Source: Macrostomum lignano (lineage: Eukaryota). Taken from it: DNA of 40,153 nucleotides. The DNA lies in contig NIVC01001479.1 of assembly GCA_002269645.1 (NCBI GenBank), forward strand, positions 1 through 40,153. Direction: 5' to 3'. Both the position numbers and the translations under genes were made by a program. The notes below the pieces were generated by a model that had not been told where the DNA came from, searched no databases, and saw only the letters and a list, made by a program, of their open reading frames with translations. This document shows, in pieces, positions 35,476-40,153 of this stretch (positions are counted from its first letter, which is position 1; every line of letters starts with the position of its first letter).

Positions 35476-35747
35476 AGTGGTATGGACGAATTTAGTCCAC
35501 ACCTTAGAAGGAAACTTAGTCGACTAGGTGCATGAAAAGTTGATTAATTAATCAGGAAGCGAAGAAGATTTATTGTGTTAGAACTGCAAAATTGCGCAAA
35601 AGTTTTTTAATCCGCTCATACAGTCCGTGTGAACTTTTTTGAACCGTAATACGCAAAACATGCTGCATAAAAACTTTCACCTTCATTTTCATATTTAATA
35701 AAATTCCTCCATCTCGCAGTTTAGGTTTCAGAGCACTTAAATTTAAA

Positions 35748-36385
35748 GGGAGCCCTCGCACAAGCGGTCAGATCAAAGGGAACCCTCGCACTAGCGGTCA
35801 GATCAAAGGGAACCCTCGCACTACCGGTCAGATCAAAGGGAACCCTCGCACTAGCGGTCAGATCAAAGGGAACCCTCGCACTAGCGGTCAGATCAAAGGG
35901 AACCCTCGCACTAGCGGTCAGATTAAACGAAGCGGTCAGATCAAAGGCGCCCCTCGCACTAGCGGTCAGATTAAACGGAGCGGTCAGATCAAAGGCGCCC
36001 CTCGCACTAGCGGTCAGACCAAAGGGAACCCTCGCACTAGAGGTCAGATCAAAGGGAACCCTCGCACTAGCGGTCAGATTAAACGGAGCGGTCAGATCAA
36101 AGGCGCCCCTCGCACTAGCGGTCAGATTAAACGGAGCGGTCAGATCAAAGGCGCCCCTCGCACTAGCGGTCAGACCAAAGGGAACCCTCGCACTAGCGGT
36201 CAGATCAAAGGGAACCCTCGCACTAGCGGTCAGATCAAAGGGAACCCTCGACTAGCGGTCAGATCAAAGGGAACCCTCGACTAGCGGTCAGATCAAAGAA
36301 AGCCCTCGACTAGCGGTCAGATCAAAGGAAGCCCTCGACTAGCGGTCAGATCAAAGGGAGCCCTCGACTAGCGGTCAGATCGAAG
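35748..36385. repeat. 30-bp minisatellite (CTAGCGGTCAGATCAAAGGGAACCCTCGCA) in an MTSS-like intron
   Basis: About 21 units; ends about 18 bp from the donor at 36403. Confidence 0.96.
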
Positions 36386-36403
36386 GACTCTCCCGAGACT
36401 CAC

Positions 36404-36828
36404 CGTGAGAATTGACGCTGGGCGCCGGGCTGAAGCTCCGCCTTTGACAGCCGCCGCTGGACATTTTCGGCGGGCCTGTGGCGGCATTGAACGCGGCGGA
36501 AGCGGCAGCGGCGGACGCGTCGGACCCGTCGTCGGCGCAACAGTTGGTGAGGCCGGACATTCGGTCGGCCAAGTCGCGCAGGTGTCCGAACTCGTCGGCC
36601 AGTCCGCCAAGAAGGTCCAGGCCGGGCTTCAGACAGGCCAGGAAGCAGGCCAAGCGCGAGCGGCCCTCCTGACGGGCCAGACGCAGCCAGTGTCTCTCGA
36701 CGGTCAGCTGACGCTCCTGCCAGCGCAGCGAGTCGGCCAGGGCGCGCTCGAGCTGGCCGCTGTCCATCAGCTGACTGCCGGACGATTGGCGACGTCGCCG
36801 GCCAAGTCGCAGAGTCGATTCGCCGGAA

Positions 36829-36861
<33 letters not shown>

Positions 36862-37014
36862 TAGATGACGCTGCCGCCGCTGCCTGCCGACCGTTTTGCA
36901 TCGGCGCGAAGTCGCTTGAGCTCGCGGTGGCGCTCCTTCTCGAGCTGCTGGGTCTGGCGGCGCCACGACTCCAGGCGCTCCGAGAGCGGCGCGGCGAGAC
37001 TGTCCTGCAGGTGG
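36404..37014 (-). CDS. MTSS1: MTSS1/MIM-family I-BAR (IMD) protein, internal exon encoding the C-terminal two-thirds of the IMD
   Basis: Manual translation: HLQDSLAAPLSERLESWRRQTQQLEKERHRELKRLR aligns with MTSS1 ALIDCLINPLQEQMEEWKKVANQLDKDHAKEYKKAR. QLERALADSLRWQERQLTVERHWLRLARQEGRSRLACFLACLKP...EFGHLRDLADRMSGLT aligns with QLDSALQDVNDKYLLLEETEKQAVRKALIEERGRFCTFISMLRP...EITHLQTISEDLKSLT (human sequence from memory). Acceptor ctgcag|C (phase 2), donor CAC G|GTGAGT (phase 1). MTSS1 versus MTSS2 orthology cannot be resolved. Confidence 0.82.
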
Positions 37015-37077
37015 CTGCAGGCCGGAACAGCGGGGTTGAGGAGGGGGGGGCAAGTTGTTTGTCTTCAAATCCCGAAA

Positions 37078-37800
37078 TTGAAATCCCCATAAAACTCGAG
37101 TTATGATTATTTAAATCCCCATAAAAATTCGAGTTATGATTAGTGAAATCCCCATAAAAACTCGAGTTATGATAATTGAAATCCCCATAAAAACTAGAGT
37201 TACGATTATTGAAATCCCCATAAAAACTCGAGTTATGATTATTGAAATCCCATAAAAACTCGAGTTATGATAATTGAAATCCCCATAAAACTCGAGTTAT
37301 GATTTTTGAAATCCCCATAAAGCTCAAGGTATGATTTTTGAAATCCCATAAAAACTCGAGTTATGATTATTGAAATCCCATAAAAACTCGAGTTATGATA
37401 ATTGAAATCCCCATAAAACTCGAGTTATGATAATTGAAATCCCCATAAAGCTCAAGGTATGATTATTGAAATCCCATAAAAACTCGAGTTATGATTATTA
37501 AAATCCCATAAAAATTCGAGTTATGATAATTGAAATCCCCATAAAGCTCAAGGTATGATAATTGAAATCCCATAAAAACTCGAGTTATTATTATTGAAAT
37601 CCCCATAGAAACTCGAGTTATGATTTTTGAAATCCCCATAAAGCTCAAGGTATGATTATTGAAATCCCATAAAAACTCGAGTTATGATTATTGAAATCCC
37701 CATAAAAACTCGAGTTATGATTATTGAAATCCCCATAAAAACTCGAGTTATGATTATTGAAATCCCCATAAAAACTCGAGTTATGATTATTGAAATCCCC
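37078..37800. repeat. 32/33-bp minisatellite (GAAATCCCCATAAAAACTCGAGTTATGATTATT)
   Basis: About 22 units; starts about 63 bp from the acceptor at 37015. Confidence 0.96.
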
Positions 37801-38486
37801 ACAGAACTCCAGTTAGAAGTAATGAACAAGGAATTTACAAGAAAAGCTATCGAACGAATTCCCTGGCTAAGTTCAATCGAAATTATGAGCCAAACCGTGA
37901 GGGATCAGAAGGACTTAAGAACAACCGAAAAGCAAGCTTTAATTGATGACGAACTCGGTCATAAGAACGCAGTCTAATTTCGAATACTGGCTGCCTTATT
38001 AACAAAAATGTCAGCTCAATAGTAGATCATACCCGAATTGACGACAATAAATCTTTATCAACAAAGATATTAGCAGGCATGGCTACCTATAATAAAGCAT
38101 TGTGAGAGACAGAATAATCAATACTGCAGGCTAAAGCCAAGTTTGTGTCCTGAATTGCACCCAGCGGAATTCCAAGTTTCTTGTCTAGCCGTTCGCCTGA
38201 GCCGCGCAAATTTTTGCCGAAGAGGATTAGGGAGGGAAAATAGTGGGAAGAGGGGCATTTCTGCTCCTAAGCCTGATGAAGCTGTGGCCTACTGCTTTGA
38301 ATTGGCCCTTAAAGCACAATAACGGAGATTAGCTGGCTCGGCTTACGGGCTAAGTAGGCAAAAAGAGACACTGTGGATGGAATAGTGCAGTGGGACTTGC
38401 GATGCTAGGGGATTAAACAGAACGTCTACAGGTGCCAACTAAACAGTTAGACCCATAGAAAGTCAGATATTAGGACATACATAAAG

Positions 38487-39342
<856 letters not shown>

Positions 39343-39582
39343 CTGAGGCTCAGAAGTTGGGAGGGGGGGGACGAGTCCGGGTGACACAGCAGGCAGGACA
39401 GGGAGCGGCAGGATTGGAGTCGGGCAAAAAACAGAGGAGAAGAAATTGATCCGGTCCTCTCGCATGCGCCCGGCTACTGGGGCCCTGCATCCTATTCACG
39501 CTAATCAGCACCTAAGGGATTTGTTGGGAGGCGGATGGGGAGGATGTTTAGAGCCTTGGAGGAGGTCCGACACTGCGGAAAA

Positions 39583-39620
<38 letters not shown>

Positions 39621-40007
39621 GCAAATTCGGCCGGCAGCGCAATTATATTTGCGCGATGACGAGCTGGGCCACGGCCTCTGCAAGCCCCTCAGTCTCCATT
39701 AGCTGGTTCCCCACAGTCTCAGCTCCGTCCGTCATCTGTAGAGGGGGGAGCAGTGAAGCTGCACATGTAGCCAAAATAATATGATGGCTCTCGTTCCGGC
39801 TGCACTGAGTACGAATGAGCAAGCTGGCGAACCGACCCTCACCCTGGGCCAGCGCGTGACAACAAGGGCAAAGCAAGCACAAAGGATAAAGGAGACACGC
39901 GCAGGGAAAGGCAAGGGGGAGGAGAGGAAAGTGAGCAAGCGGGACATGAGACGAGTAAAGGTGTGCATACACATGTGACGCATAAAGAGATTGGTTGATT
40001 GGTACAT

Positions 40008-40008
40008 G

Positions 40009-40039
<31 letters not shown>

Positions 40040-40049
40040 GTAGATAGAT

Positions 40050-40098
<49 letters not shown>

Positions 40099-40100
40099 GG

Positions 40101-40133
<33 letters not shown>

Positions 40134-40153
40134 GATAGATAGAATAGATAGAT
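40008..40153. repeat. (GATA)n microsatellite running off the window end
   Basis: Directly visible. Confidence 0.97.

Noticed and set aside
36765-36769. TGATG stop-start overlap between ORFs 36767..37090 and 36375..36767, suggesting coupling or a frameshift
   Set aside because: The frame of 36375..36767 is itself open upstream to the acceptor at 37014 and carries the IMD homology; the other ORF is an off-frame shadow.
37800-37977. Unique tail of plus-strand ORF 37684..37977 as a gene or TE fragment
   Set aside because: About 58 codons whose start comes from the 33-mer repeat; no recognisable motif.
39643-39735. Exon-like segment tacag|ATG ACG GAC...CAA ATA TAA as the MTSS N-terminus
   Set aside because: It stops after 30 codons, has no donor and shows no convincing IMD similarity.

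Overview
Eukaryotic (animal) genomic DNA, roughly half tandem repeat, with two intron-containing genes on the minus strand. GC-rich, poly-Gln/Ala/Gly-rich exons buried in dense minisatellites suggest a flatworm such as Macrostomum, but this is inference and cannot be confirmed here. Gene 1 is an apparently complete Shab/Kv2-family voltage-gated K+ channel: join(22292-21423, 17049-16085, 15966-15849, 15055-14554, 12545-12130), 2871 nt or about 956 aa, with all splice phases compatible. The T1 and S1-S6 exons are unambiguous; the three C-terminal exons rest on splice signals and frame continuity. Gene 2 is the 3' part of an MTSS1/MIM-family I-BAR (IMD) gene: join(37014-36404, 33997-33807, 33433-32360). 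Its N-terminal exons are not in the window, and the ORF track shows its IMD only in part. The rest is about 20 different micro/minisatellite arrays, tRNA-derived SINE-like elements and non-autonomous Helitron-like fragments. No CRISPR, prokaryotic system or intact transposase/RT ORF is visible, and most long ORFs in the track are translations of repeats. Best leads: (i) array edges lie within about 70 bp of 8 of 9 long-intron ends; (ii) a MIM protein with a Gly9 insertion in the I-BAR and no WH2; (iii) a Kv2 with a polyQ/Arg insertion in T1 and a possible PRC/phospho-FFAT-like motif; (iv) a head-to-tail Helitron-like junction; (v) distant arrays sharing cores.
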